The notes under the pieces: generated by a model | The model's database searches: none | What the model was told of the DNA's origin: nothing | What the model saw: only the letters and a program-made list of their open reading frames with translations | Source: Asterionella formosa | Lineage: Eukaryota | Assembly (NCBI GenBank): GCA_002256025.1 | Contig: NKIB01000051.1 | Span: 1-35,667 of the forward strand | Direction: 5' to 3' | DNA: 35,667 bases | Translations under genes and position numbers: made by a program | In this document: piece after piece, positions 10,761 through 22,529 of the stretch | Layout: every line of letters begins with the position of its first letter | Numbering within the stretch: the first letter of the stretch is position 1

Positions 10761-11822
10761 TGACACCAGAGGTTGTTTAATTCCTTTGTCGCTTAGTAAA
10801 TGTTGTTGGATGGCGATTGCTGTTGGACGGCAATTGCTGATTCCCTCTTTCAGATTGAACTTCCAAATGGAACTGAGAAACCAGCTCATTTCGCAACGCA
10901 GCTGGCAAGGCTGCTGGTAGTTCCCATGACAACCATTGTTGCTTCCATGGCTGCACACACTGTTGAAAATGTGCCAGGAAGGTTGACGATAGCGTTGGCG
11001 GAGTTGTTATGTTAGAAATTATTATTATCATAATAAAAATATAAAAGTATTTAATAATGACAATAATACTACAATAGAAGTATCGAATACTATATCATCA
11101 GTATAGGTGATGACGATTATATATTGTTTCCGCCATTCTGATTGGTGCAAACAATCTTCGTTTGCCCGAAGATCAATCTTTGGGAAACGAAGATTGTTCA
11201 AGAAAACACGAAGATTGGGTCAATATCGGTGATGACCCTCGAAATATTCAGGCGAACGAAGATTAATCTTCATAATTGGGGGGGATTTGCGAGTTATTTA
11301 GCCCGTAAGGACGAAAATACGAAGATTAAACGCCGAACAGGTATCTGGGCGACTCAATCTTCGTAATTTGGGCACTGTAAGACGGGGTCTGAAGAAGTGG
11401 AAACTGCTGTGGTACATACCGGTTGGTAACGTATGCATTACATGAACATGCCAGTAGTAAACAACATGCATGATGTTCTATGCACTGCCTGTACATACAT
11501 AAATAATTATACAATCACTGGCAAATCGAACATGAGAAATTGGCCCCCTCCAAAAATTATCAGCAATACTGGCAAGTATCCTTTCTGTTGTCACTGATAA
11601 AATAACTGAAAGTACACAAGCATGGCACTAATTTTAGCACCACATATTAAATTTCAGTTTGGCATGGCTGTGCAGCACCACAACATTTGTTTTCAATGTT
11701 TACAGCCATCATGTGCGAAAAGCATCACGGTGATGTCTTGAACCTACTATGTCAGGCACCCACCATGCTGGCTGAACTTATGCAAGGAGATTTTGGTTCA
11801 AATGTATTTTCAACAGATTCCT

Positions 11823-11995
11823 GGGGAATAGCTTAGTTGGTTAGCTCACCTTCCGAGGTGGCGGGTTCGATTCCCGCATTCTCCACCTGCTTTCAAGCAG
11901 GTCTAAGGCCCTCTGGGGGGCCAAGTGCGACTTCACAACCTCCACAATTGTCGAGTTCTCTAACAATAGCGTACTATAAAATTTACTTAATCATT
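11823..11995 (+). mobile_element. tRNA-Ala-derived SINE-like insertion (173 bp) with 18-bp TSD
   Basis: A box TAGCTTAGTTGG (11829-11840) and B box GGTTCGATTCC (11864-11874). Acceptor stem GGGGAAT/ATTCTCC-A. Direct repeat tattttcaacagattcct at 11805-11822 and 11996-12013. Confidence 0.85.
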
Positions 11996-12189
11996 TATTT
12001 TCAACAGATTCCTCAAGTTCTGACGTTGTCCAGGCTTGTTAGGAAATTGTACAATGTAAGCGAAAGCGTGATCAGGTCTTCAATCTGTTGTACCAAGGCG
12101 ACACCTTGGAACAAAATATTTCTATAATCTATAATAAATTCCTCTAAGAAATTGTCATGTAAAATAATAATCTGCATTAAATTTATTTC

Positions 12190-13380
12190 ATGTAGTTCCA
12201 TCCTTCTCCGCTCAATATTAGCTGGAGGTCGTTGCAACCCCATGTTACAAATCCTGTAAAGAATGACATCTGGAATGACAGAACTGACAGTCATTGTATC
12301 TTATCTCTCAAAAGTAGGCAAATATCCCCTATCAAGAGGAGAATTAGTGACTGGGGTGATTTCAGCTAAAAGCTGCTGGATGTTGCCTGTCTCATCACTT
12401 TCACTTAGTAACCCTGACAAGTCATTTATCAAAAAGATTCATTTATGGCATTATTGTGTAGTTGTGCATTAACCTCAAGATCTTTTGCTGTTGTTGCCAA
12501 GCCAATTATTCAGTTACATTTCAGAACACCTCATTTTGTCTGTAACAAAAGAAATGCCATTTCTATCCTGATTGTTAGTTGGGAAAGAGAAAAATGTTCG
12601 GCATCTTGTGTACAGTCATCACGCTGGGAACCAACAAATGGAACTAACATGACATCTAACAATGTGTAGACAGTATCACCAATAAGTTAGCTAGAACTAA
12701 ATCAGGTGATGCAATTTGGTTGGGAAGGGAGGTTCTCTCAAATGCACCTTGATTGCAGCTGAATCTTCTAGGAGCAATCACACCAAAGAAAACAAAGCTA
12801 ATCTCAAGCTCACAGACTGCTTGACAATTGATCCCATATCATGTCATGTAATGATGGACTTAATAAAAAGCCCCTGGATTTTTCCAGTTACCTAGCATGG
12901 GGCGACTTTTTGTGGCAAGGAAACCATCAATGGCACCAACACAAGCCAATTTGATCAAATCATTCCTTGTTTCTGGGCAAACAATTTTATGATCATCACA
13001 GTAAAATGAATTTTCAAGGAATAGATCTTAGCATCTATATATTGCAGCAATTTTGCATCCATAGGCATGTCAAATTTTGATGTAGCTACCACCAGCCAAC
13101 CATTGAATGCCAATGGCCAACACGATTTCTGGATAAATTGGATCAGATGACCTACACTTTAATTATAATTTTCTGTAACCTCACTCCCTAGTAAGGAAAC
13201 CAACTTTTTGAAAGCTCGAAGGGGCATTCTATATGTCTTCTCAAAAGCGTTATCATGACTGAGCTTTTCGACATGAGAGTGCCTTGAGATTCTGTCATGT
13301 TTCCATTTGGCCTTCTTTTTTGTCACCAGTAAACATGTTCCATGAACATACATAGTATATAGAACAATTAATAATATTTA
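12190..13380 (-). pseudogene. Second, older PIF/Harbinger transposase pseudogene
   Basis: Motifs FEKTYRMPLRAFKKLVSLL, ACVGAIDGFL, YGINCQAVC, LIGDTVY, LSQLTIRIEMAF and QLHN across several frames. Confidence 0.85.
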
Positions 13381-14463
13381 TTGTATCAATTCACCATTAT
13401 GCACATTAAAAATGTATTCATTGATGTACAAATAGAGACTACAAATATTTTACATTGATATACCAGCATATTTATTCCTGAATATTTTTAGTCATTGTAT
13501 AATATAGAATGTAAAATTGTTTGTAGTTGGTAAACATATGCAATTCCTCTGTGCCTCTGACCCTGGTGGAATCTTGCTCTCTGGTAGAAAACCCCGATTG
13601 TTTTTTGATTGGAGTTTTTTGGATTAGGGAAATGAGCTTCACTCAAAAGGAGTTCCAGCCAAATCAAGTTCCAGGGGAAAGTATTCAAAATTAACATACC
13701 ATGAATGAAAGATAACTGTTTTCCGAGCTGGCCAGCATATCTAGCTATTTACGTATTGGATCAGCGGGCATGAATAGTATCCTGGACAAACTGTGTAGCA
13801 GCTCCAAAACTGTAGTGCTCCGGCTAACATGATTAAGAGCCCTATAAGAATTTCCTGAGGTGTACCTGGAGAGGTATCCCACAACACATATTGTTCCTGG
13901 AACTTTGGCACTCTCCATCTTGACTTGAATAGTCCAATCTTTTCACCAGTGATCTCACCATCAATCTAGGCTGACACACAAAATGATATGTTTTCTACGT
14001 AATCTGGTGTCCTAAAGATAAGCTGTTCTGCATTTGAGTGAGTGCAAATTGATGCAATTGTTTTCAAACAGAGGGAGTATAAAGGGATCAGCATCAAGAT
14101 GGTAGCCTTTGGTTTCTGGTAAAGAAGGAATGACCAATATTGCAAACCTAGTAGCAAAGGATCACAAGAAAATCTTGGAGGTCAATTCTTTGCATGTAAG
14201 TGAATCTGTATATTAAATGGTTTTACAATTGAATAAGGAAAATAACAGGGAAGGAACTCACTCAAGATATTATGTTATGCTCCAAAGATCCATTATCCCT
14301 TAATCTGCCAAGCTATTTTAAATCGATAATTCATCAATGAGACATGACCAAAAGTAAGTGCACATATCTGGTGGTGCTGAGCGAGTCTGGCATACAGCCA
14401 TTTTCAATGCTGGTTAATACTATTATGCAGTTAGGCCCTCCTAGGTACCACCACGGATAACGC

Positions 14464-16587
14464 CTATAAACCAAAGGCACCCAGACGAGATTCTGGAATT
14501 CCTTCCAATGCAAATTTTCTGTTCTTATTTCGCTTCTTCTGGCCACCATTAGCATCCTTTTGCATTCGTTTTTTTTCCTTTTTCTTTGAAGCCTTTTCGT
14601 CAACCTTTTCTAGTGATGAAGGTATTTCAAATGGCGCAAATGGCTCCTCAATTTCACTGCCGTGCTCAAGGAAGCTTTCAATCTGCATTTGAACATTTTT
14701 GTCTTTCTTCTTTAGTCTCTTCGCCTCGATAAAGCTGTCACTAAGTGTGTCGACTTCTTGATTTGAAATTTCAAAAGGTGTGACATCCGTGACAAGTGCG
14801 GCATTTTCATCAACCTCCTGCATTGCCTTCTTCTTGCCCTTCTTTTGACGGCGCTTCTTCTTGTCGCCCACTGGTTTTACTACAGAAACATCTGTTTCCA
14901 CGTCCTCGTGCTCTGGGTGAACTCCTTCCTCTTCCATTGCTTCTTCGAGATCAGCCTTGAGCATTTCACGGAATTTGCGTCGTTTCTTGCTTCCAACCAA
15001 GTGTTCTCCATCATCCTTGTAAGGTGCCATTTTCTTCAGACTTACAAAGTTTTTCAAGGTTGAGTCACGAGCAAAGAGAATTTCTTGTGTGGTCAACCCA
15101 TAATCATTTGGTTCTACCTTACGATACTTGAAGCGAGTTGGCATGCCAGCCACAATATCTTCGTAGTCCAGTTTATATAGCTCGTCGTCCATCTTCTCCT
15201 TAAGTTTTCTTTCCATTGACGTTTCTTCTTCCACGTGCTCGTCGTCTTCTAAGTAGCCATCATCATCTTCAGCATCGGCATTCGCATCTCCATTTTCATC
15301 GTACTCAAGACTTTCATCGTACATGCCGCCTTCCAGGTCATCGTCACCTACCAGCGCTTTCCCATCGTCATCTTGCAACAAGGCGTTTCGTACATCTAAA
15401 TCCGACTTCCACTGGGGATCCTCTTCTTGATAAAAGTCGTCCCCGTATTGCTCCTGCATAATTTTTTCAAATTTTTCTGGATCGAAATCACCTTCCATCA
15501 GCTTCAACATTGCATCTTCATCCAAATTTGAAGCGACGCCAATAACTTTCTTGATTTCACTCAATCGTTCTTCCATCTCTTCTCGTTTGGCATTCTTGAG
15601 GCGCTTTAATTGTTCCTCTTTTGCTTTGCGTTCCGCTGCTTTCCTCTCCTTACGAGTTTCGCGTTTTAGTTTCCGCGTATCGTCTTTGCGACGCAAGGTT
15701 GTCATGGACCCAGCGCGTGCATAAGGGACAACAGAAAATTCAGCGCCGGATTTTGCGGCAGCTTCTGCTTGTTCGAACCGGAAATTATAGGTTGATTCAA
15801 AGTCGTCGGTCTTGTCAAGTTGCTCCAAAGATTCTTCGTCTGATTCCGCAGGAGGGGGCTCATGGTATTCTTCTCCTTCGTCCTTGTCCATCCATTTTTT
15901 ATTTTTGAGAAAGTCCAACAAAAACTGCTCGCCATCTGCCACTTCGCCACGAGGATCGGAAATATTGGACACAACAGGTTTTGACTTCTCCAGGGCTTCA
16001 TATTCCTTTTCAAGTAGTTTTTCTTCTTCGTCAGTTGGTTTGACCCTTGACTTTACAACAATCAAGTCATCTTCGTGTTCGTCACCATCGTCATCGTTCG
16101 TTGATTCAAGAAAGGCTTTCTTGAGATCAGATTGTTCCTTGTCGTATTCAAGTCTGTGTTTCCTCTGGTCATTATCTTTATCGACATGGTTTCCATTCTC
16201 CTCTTGGTCCATTTGATCAAGGATCTGTTCTCGAATCACATCCTTGAAGCGTTTCTTAACATGTCTTTCTTCCTTTTTGTCACTGTCTCCTTCATCTGTC
16301 ATTTTGTGTGGAAAGAATTCCTTCTTTGGATCATAAATCGACTCGTCTTTGGTTCTCAGTGCCTGAATCGTTTTGAGAATGTTCACATCTAGTGACGTCG
16401 TCAAAAGATCAGCGTGTTCGTCTTCTGACTCGTCTGAAGACGAAGACTCATCGTCGTCGTCGTCGTGACGAGAGTTACGAAGTTCTTCTTTTTGTTTCCT
16501 CGAGGTGTACGCTTTGGCAAATGACTTGTTGACTTGAATGCGTTCGTCTACGTCCTCGTCATCTTCATTAAAAAGAGGCTTTGACAT
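14464..16587 (-). CDS. KRI1: KRI1-like 40S ribosome biogenesis protein (707 aa)
   Basis: Conserved motifs I.VNKSFAK.Y, IYDP, FESTYNFRFE and LDYEDIVAGMPTRFKYRKVEPNDYGLTTQEIL...SLKKMAPY, C-terminal SRL.AFGL, and acidic/basic low complexity. Confidence 0.95.
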   Translation of the reverse strand: MSKPLFNEDDEDVDERIQVNKSFAKAYTSRKQKEELRNSRHDDDDDESSSSDESEDEHADLLTTSLDVNILKTIQALRTKDESIYDPKKEFFPHKMTDEGDSDKKEERHVKKRFKDVIREQILDQMDQEENGNHVDKDNDQRKHRLEYDKEQSDLKKAFLESTNDDDGDEHEDDLIVVKSRVKPTDEEEKLLEKEYEALEKSKPVVSNISDPRGEVADGEQFLLDFLKNKKWMDKDEGEEYHEPPPAESDEESLEQLDKTDDFESTYNFRFEQAEAAAKSGAEFSVVPYARAGSMTTLRRKDDTRKLKRETRKERKAAERKAKEEQLKRLKNAKREEMEERLSEIKKVIGVASNLDEDAMLKLMEGDFDPEKFEKIMQEQYGDDFYQEEDPQWKSDLDVRNALLQDDDGKALVGDDDLEGGMYDESLEYDENGDANADAEDDDGYLEDDEHVEEETSMERKLKEKMDDELYKLDYEDIVAGMPTRFKYRKVEPNDYGLTTQEILFARDSTLKNFVSLKKMAPYKDDGEHLVGSKKRRKFREMLKADLEEAMEEEGVHPEHEDVETDVSVVKPVGDKKKRRQKKGKKKAMQEVDENAALVTDVTPFEISNQEVDTLSDSFIEAKRLKKKDKNVQMQIESFLEHGSEIEEPFAPFEIPSSLEKVDEKASKKKEKKRMQKDANGGQKKRNKNRKFALEGIPESRLGAFGL

Positions 16588-17207
16588 GCTTTTTTTCCTT
16601 GATACACTTGACTTGATCTATTCTTGGTAGATCAATGACAATGTTACTTCGAGCAGCAAGCGATAATATGGTACGTATTTGTTTACCTTCGTGATGACAT
16701 TGACAACGGCCGGTGAACAAAAAATATATTATAATGCAAGTATGATAATGATTATATTTTTGGATTTTGAATGGCTATAATACGATGTGAGAATCCCCAG
16801 CGAAATCTAAGAGGACCCGGACTTCCAAATAAAACATGGTGGTGCACATTGATTTAAAAGGTTTCTGCATCACCATGATGGCTAATGGCTGGATGATATC
16901 TTATACCCTGGAGAGTACCTAGTAGTTTACCATGTAGACTTCATTTGAAAGGCGGCTGCGGTAAATTGTTTTAACCAAGTACTCCTACCGGTACTGTACC
17001 GGTAGTCTAGGAATTTTAATTTTTTAAATTATATCTGGGACTTAGAAGTCTAGCTACGGTATACCGGTAGTTGGGCCCCATCATGTACAACGAATGACCC
17101 CCCGGTATAATCAAACTGGAAAGCCAACAAAAGGCACAGTATTTTCTGTTACAGAAAATTAATTGTTCGCAACAGACGGTAATATAAAAAGAGTGTAGTT
17201 TTTACGT

Positions 17208-19229
17208 TCAGTTTAGTGTTTCAAAGTCTGGTAGGGGAGTTGCCCATCCATCTCGTTCAGGCAACAATTGGTAAGTCTCTTGCAATCTGGCCGTGATTAC
17301 TCCTCGTTCACCATTGCCGATGACCCGTCCATCAATCTTCGTGACGGGCGTCAATTCTCCCATCGTCCCTGTGGTAAAGACTTCATCGGCCGAATGGAAT
17401 TCTGACAAGGATATGCGTCGCACTTCACATGGAATTCCCAACTCTGCGGCCAAGGTAATGACAGTTTGGCGAGTAATTCCTGGTAGACAGTGATCGGCAT
17501 GAGGTGTCATCAAGACCCCATCGTCTACCAAAAACAAATTGGTGGCATTGGTTTCACTGACATATCCATCAACATCCAACATGATGGCATCAGCACATCC
17601 TGCCAAATTGGCTTGTATCTTTGGTAAAATGTTATTAATCAGATTGTTGTGATGAATTTTGCTGTCAACTGTATCGGGACGATTCCGTCGTTGACTGGCA
17701 GTAATGAGAGAAATTCCATTTCTATTGTCGTAGGTTGTGGCGCCTTCGGTTGGCTTCCATTCGGGTAAGATAATGAGAGTCGTCCCATAAATGTTAAATA
17801 CTGGATTCATGGACGACGTGCACTTTTCCCCTCGAGTCAAGGTCAATCTCATGTGCGCACCATCTCTCATTCCGTTGGCCGCTAATACGCGAAATATACT
17901 TTCAACAACTTCTTCTTTCGTATGAACTTTCTCAAATCCCAATGCCTTGGCTGACTTGAACAATCGTCTCAAGTGCTTGTCCAAGGACAAAATCTTTCCG
18001 CGATAGACTCTCAGCCCTTCCCAGGCAGCGTCACCGCCTTGTACTGATGAATCAAATGGACTCACGCCAGCCATGTCTCTTGGAAGCAACCTTCCTCGAC
18101 CAGGTGTTCCGATCCAAACTAGTAAATCCGCATTGCGTGCATCTTCGTACACCATAGTTGGGCGAGTGAAAATTTGGGAGTGAAGAAATGCATAGGCTGG
18201 CATGGATGCTCGCAGGGCCGATACCAGTGTTGGATCGAGAGTACGGTATTTGGAAAGAGGGGCCATGTGTGATTTTCGAACCCAACCTGTCGATTTGTGA
18301 ACATCATCGTACCACCATTTGGCCCATGGTCCATCACATGCTTTCGGTCCTGCGGGCCATGTGAGCATGGCATCGGTGTACTCAATGCCCAATTCTGCAC
18401 ATAGGTGGCCAAGTGTCCCCGATGGATCCGATGCAAGGTCGTCGCTGTCCAATAGGACCACCGGAAGTGTTGAATGAGACGTGAGTGTACTGTAAATGGC
18501 CAATAGGGGAATAATCCCCACTTCGTCTGTACTGGGCGAGTTGCCATGCACGTGCGAAGAGTTTGACCACGAACTGAGCACAGCGACGGGATCTCTAATC
18601 AGCAAGACGTGGCGTTGAATGATCTCAACGTTGCGTGGAGCCTCCAAGAACATGTCTTGTTCTAGGTCATACAGGCCACTATGTTTGGCCATGTGCTTGC
18701 AAAAAATAATACCCGATGCTCGTCCTGATAGGGCCTCGATTCCGTCTAGAATTCGCTGCTGCATGGACAGCTGCTCTCGTTGCCACTTGTCCACATTCGC
18801 TCCATCTGGCGAGGTCCCATCCATCATGCTAGCGAGGTAGGGTCGTTCCACGGAGTGTCCCTTTTGAATGAGCCATTCTCGATAGAGAGGTTCGTCCAGG
18901 GCGATCGTATCGTCTCCTCTGGCTTCAAAGCTGTAGAGCAGGGCTGTGCTGCGAGAGCGAGGTGCTGACCAGCAGTGGACAACTGTAATGGTGGCGGCGG
19001 ACGAATGATCCGACATGGTGTCTCGAATGACGGAGGACGAATCGGTACTAAAGCACAGCGACCGATGAAGGCCATGACGCCTGCGGGTTGGGACAACAAC
19101 ATCAAGATCAGCAGTCTCTGGGTTTGTTGATGCTGGAGGGAGACCCCGACCATCACTCTCTTGGTCGTTCTTGTTCAAGTTAGGGTCGTTCTTGTTCAAG
19201 TTAGAATCATAGTAATTGTTCTCCATCAT
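17208..19229 (-). CDS. Fusion of an N-terminal sulfotransferase-like P-loop domain and a class IV PLP aminotransferase (BCAT-like protein type); start at 19229 or 19016
   Basis: N domain: WSAPRSRSTALLYSF, DEPLY, KHMAKH, LLIRDP. C domain: FDSSVQGGDAAWEGLR, HLRRL, SKIHHNNL, ETNATNLF, LPGITR, ADEVFTTGTMGELTPV. Confidence 0.92.
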   Translation of the reverse strand: MMENNYYDSNLNKNDPNLNKNDQESDGRGLPPASTNPETADLDVVVPTRRRHGLHRSLCFSTDSSSVIRDTMSDHSSAATITVVHCWSAPRSRSTALLYSFEARGDDTIALDEPLYREWLIQKGHSVERPYLASMMDGTSPDGANVDKWQREQLSMQQRILDGIEALSGRASGIIFCKHMAKHSGLYDLEQDMFLEAPRNVEIIQRHVLLIRDPVAVLSSWSNSSHVHGNSPSTDEVGIIPLLAIYSTLTSHSTLPVVLLDSDDLASDPSGTLGHLCAELGIEYTDAMLTWPAGPKACDGPWAKWWYDDVHKSTGWVRKSHMAPLSKYRTLDPTLVSALRASMPAYAFLHSQIFTRPTMVYEDARNADLLVWIGTPGRGRLLPRDMAGVSPFDSSVQGGDAAWEGLRVYRGKILSLDKHLRRLFKSAKALGFEKVHTKEEVVESIFRVLAANGMRDGAHMRLTLTRGEKCTSSMNPVFNIYGTTLIILPEWKPTEGATTYDNRNGISLITASQRRNRPDTVDSKIHHNNLINNILPKIQANLAGCADAIMLDVDGYVSETNATNLFLVDDGVLMTPHADHCLPGITRQTVITLAAELGIPCEVRRISLSEFHSADEVFTTGTMGELTPVTKIDGRVIGNGERGVITARLQETYQLLPERDGWATPLPDFETLN
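19163..19204. repeat. Perfect 21-bp tandem duplication
   Basis: ggtcgttcttgttcaagttag twice; in frame, encoding NLNKNDP/NLNKNDQ on the minus strand. Confidence 0.9.
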
Positions 19230-20164
19230 GGAGCAGAATATGTTCCAGCTACCTATTGAATCAGTGTGGAAAGCACCGGTAAATGCGTCCAAAGACCCTC
19301 AGTTCGAACGATGGCAATGATGTCTATGTATGTGCTGAGATGTAGAGGGCGGATGGTCAACAATTTCTCTGAATTTTGTGGTAACAGCGATGGTGACAGG
19401 AGGGACGAGAAATCACAGAATACCCGGCGGTGCGAGTGTACCGGTAGTTAGGATCGAGCAACGACTGCGATGGCATCAGGATGCGCGTGTCAGCATACCG
19501 GTACCTGTGTCCGATACATACCAGGAGGCAGGAGGGGCGATGGTCCCGGGAGTACTGTATGTACTGTAGTATAGGGACCCTAAGGTACTCTATGCAACTA
19601 AGCCAAAACCTGGTACCTGGTACCGGTACTACCACCTGGTAGTATTTCATTCACACAACACGTGTGCTCGTATTGTATGTATGATGCGATTTAGGATTCG
19701 CATTTTGTGAGCTCGGCCGCTCTATCGTACAGTCATGCGGCCGACACTGCATCACTCACACAAATAAAAAAGCATGGCGACCGGCACAACTTGTATACCA
19801 CCACTATAAAAGGCTATGAGTATGCACGTTTGCGAACTCGAGATTATGTACCGGTATCTGCCTACCAGTACACACATACATGTACAGCAGAAAATAGATT
19901 CTTTACTACCGCCGGGTACAAAAGGTTGGCCGTGCATGAACGGTAAGCACAAATCGACAATGTAAATACCGGTATGATAGGCAGCTACCGGCATAAAATA
20001 AAGCAACTTTTCTCAAATGTGTGCAGCAAAGAGAAAACTTGTGCATCATCCAAAATGCATCACTTCGTTTACTTGGAGAAAATATAAAATCGCACATACG
20101 CTAGAAATAACAAGTAGTTACAATTTGTTTTCATCATTTCCTGTTTATATTAAATGGGCCATGG

Positions 20165-21429
20165 TCAAGTCATTGAATGTGACTTCCCCAGGAAGGCTTT
20201 GCTGGTCTTGAGTTTGGAGAACTTTCCGCCCACTCGAGACTTGCGCTTCAACGCCGTATCTTCCTTTTCTAGCGCCGTTATCGAACTAGCTGCCGCGGCC
20301 TCTGCCGCTCTCTTTGCCGCAGCCTCAGCTCGCACCTTACGGATGTCGACTTCTTGTCCGTCCTTGTCCTTCAGAATTGCGGGCGATTTGCCGTCTAACC
20401 TCGCTCCGTCCCCCGCATGAATTGCCCAATAATCAATGGTAGGTGCCTGCAATGGGAACGCAGCATTGCGTTGAACTCCCGTCGTCCCAAGCTGGTCGGC
20501 CAAGAACTCCGTTTGTGGGGCTGCCGGCGCCGCCACTTCGTCTGGACGGACAATCGTGCCGTTGACGATGCGAGTTCCCTTTACATCGGCATCGTCGTCA
20601 TTGGAAATGCCAGACATGGAGGAGGGAGTCGGAGAAGGGCAGGAGGAGCCATATGCGGATTGCTTTGGTAAATTCGATAAGTTGGAGGCATGCGTAGACA
20701 CCGACTCAGTTCGTTCCGGTTCTTTGTAGCCTATGGGTGCATCAAAGTCTACGTTACAATCCGTTTCAATAATACATGCCGCATTCTGTGGTTGCACTTC
20801 CTTTAGTTCGAAATGATAGTTTTTGTTGTTGTATGGAATTTGAATAACATCGCCCTTGGTGACACATGAAAAGTTGCGCAGAGCGTGCTCCAGGACTGCT
20901 CTGGGGTTGGAAATTTCCAGAAAGTCAACGTGCTGGGGCTGGAGCTTCACGAATGTTGCCTTTGGCAAGCTGACGTTTGTGACTGTGATGACGGTTCCTT
21001 CTTCAATAAGTAGATTTTGCATCATCCAAAACGGGATAAAGCAGGAGCCTTCTTCTGCTGTGAACTCCAACACGCCGCAATGTGTCTTTGTGCCTTTCGA
21101 AGGACTGGAGAGGCCGAACAGCATAGGGTAATCGACTTGCAAGCGTGCTAATGTATCAAATGCCGATGGAGGAAGAAGGATCTTGTCTCCTTTCTGAAAT
21201 GGGAAAGGAGTCCGTCGGGTTAGCTGCGTAGCACCAAGGGCAGTACAGGTTGTCTCTGGTATGGTCGCTACGACCATTACCATTTCAAATGATTCCATCA
21301 ATCATATTCCATGCTGCTCACCTCCAGATGTGGCTTGTCCGCATACGCCACACTATAGCAATGATATTGCTCTTCAAAGCGTCGAGGGACGCCCTGTCGG
21401 CCTGCGGTAAAGCCCCAGCCGTTCATCAT
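20165..21429 (-). CDS. UFD1: Ubiquitin fusion degradation protein 1; exons 21429-21322 and 21193-20165 (378 aa)
   Basis: Exon 1 MMNGWG...RFEEQYHCYSVAYADKPHLE, then a GT-AG intron at 21321-21194. Exon 2 has KGDKILLPPSA, THCGVLEFTAEEG and IIETDCNVDFDAPIGYKE, with SHP-like motifs near the C-terminus. Confidence 0.96.
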
Positions 21430-21813
21430 TTTCTCCTTGTAACTGTGAGGAATATAAATGGAGCAGGCTTTGTCGTTATTATCGTTTTCTTGTCGTGGGT
21501 TGTTTTGTTTTCATTACTGTAAGCCATAGTAAAGCAGGAACCAGAAGGTCATTCCTCGTTGCTGTTCGTTGCAGTTTTCTTTCGCTCACTCTTCGAGAGA
21601 CTTCCATGTCAGCACCCGGCAAGGGAATATTGGGAGGCTCTGTCACAAACGACCACGTGTTCAACTTGACGCGACGCGAGCGAAAACGAACGCAAAGGAA
21701 AAATCGGTACCCGGTAAAGAAAATACTAACACGTGGCTGAACCTAACAATTTAAAACGCATTTAATACCGGTAGTCGGCAAGACTAATGGTATACCAGTA
21801 AAATAGGGAAGGT

Positions 21814-22509
21814 AGTTGGTAGATGCTACGAATTTGTAGCTCTCACGCAGTAAAAGTTGCTAGAAAAAATGTTTCTACACAATTTGTTTGTTTTACTTAG
21901 TTTGCTAGTAGCTAATAGTTCTTGCTTTTATAAAAGAGGGAACTTAATGTAAATGTTAATGTAAATTTGAATTTATAATTTTGAAACTTACAAGCTCATG
22001 CATGTTTCAAAATAGAGTTGATCTTCAGTGGTGATATTCATTTGTGTTCCCAACTTGAACTGAGAATAAACTACATCCTCTTCCTAGTACTAAATACACA
22101 TTTGTCTTAATCTTGGCCTGTCTCAACTTAGGCCAGATGCTGTTTGATCGAAGATTGCTTTCCGAATAATCTTGTTAATCATAAATAGATCATGCATATC
22201 TAGTTAGCTTCTTTAATGTTCCTTGATTTTGCGGACATATCTGTAATTGTCTAGTCAATCATTTATTGATTTGGCCTCTAGTTCCGATTGCCTTGTTCTA
22301 GCTAGATTCCATTTAAAAGGTTAGAGAGAACTTCTCCTGAAAGTTCCTCTCTCAACTGTGGCATTGTACATGCGATATTCAACCATGTGTCCTTGAATCA
22401 ATAATCTAGTGGATTGGGGTACATGTTCCCAATCAGGTCACCAGAGACGAAATTATATTGACACTCTCATAACCTGATCTGGAATCAGGAATCTCTATAT
22501 GTTTCAACT
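21814..22509 (-). repeat. 3' LTR of Copia B (696 bp)
   Basis: Direct repeat of 29858-30556 with termini AGTTG...CAACT, adjacent to the PPT. Confidence 0.95.
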
Positions 22510-22529
22510 CTTCCTCTCAGCAAAAGCAT

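Larger units (their letters stand above)
7923..11374. mobile_element. Complete but decayed PIF/Harbinger DNA transposon (3452 bp)
   Basis: Imperfect TIRs tgcccgaaatacaaagatc and atcttcgtaatttgggca. CTG TSD at 7920-7922 and 11375-11377. cgaagat/atcttcg subterminal repeats. Two convergent pseudogenes inside. Confidence 0.88.

Noticed and set aside
11823..11885. Functional tRNA-Ala gene
   Set aside because: It has no 7-nt anticodon loop, is only 63 nt long and is flanked by a TSD, so it is better explained as a SINE head.
14845..16392. Antisense and alternative-frame ORFs over KRI1 (and similar ones over other genes)
   Set aside because: These are shadow ORFs of biased-composition coding sequence with no recognisable motifs.
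21194..21301. N-terminus of the ORF-track UFD1 (MMESFEM...)
   Set aside because: It lies within a GT-AG intron; the conserved first exon is at 21322-21429.
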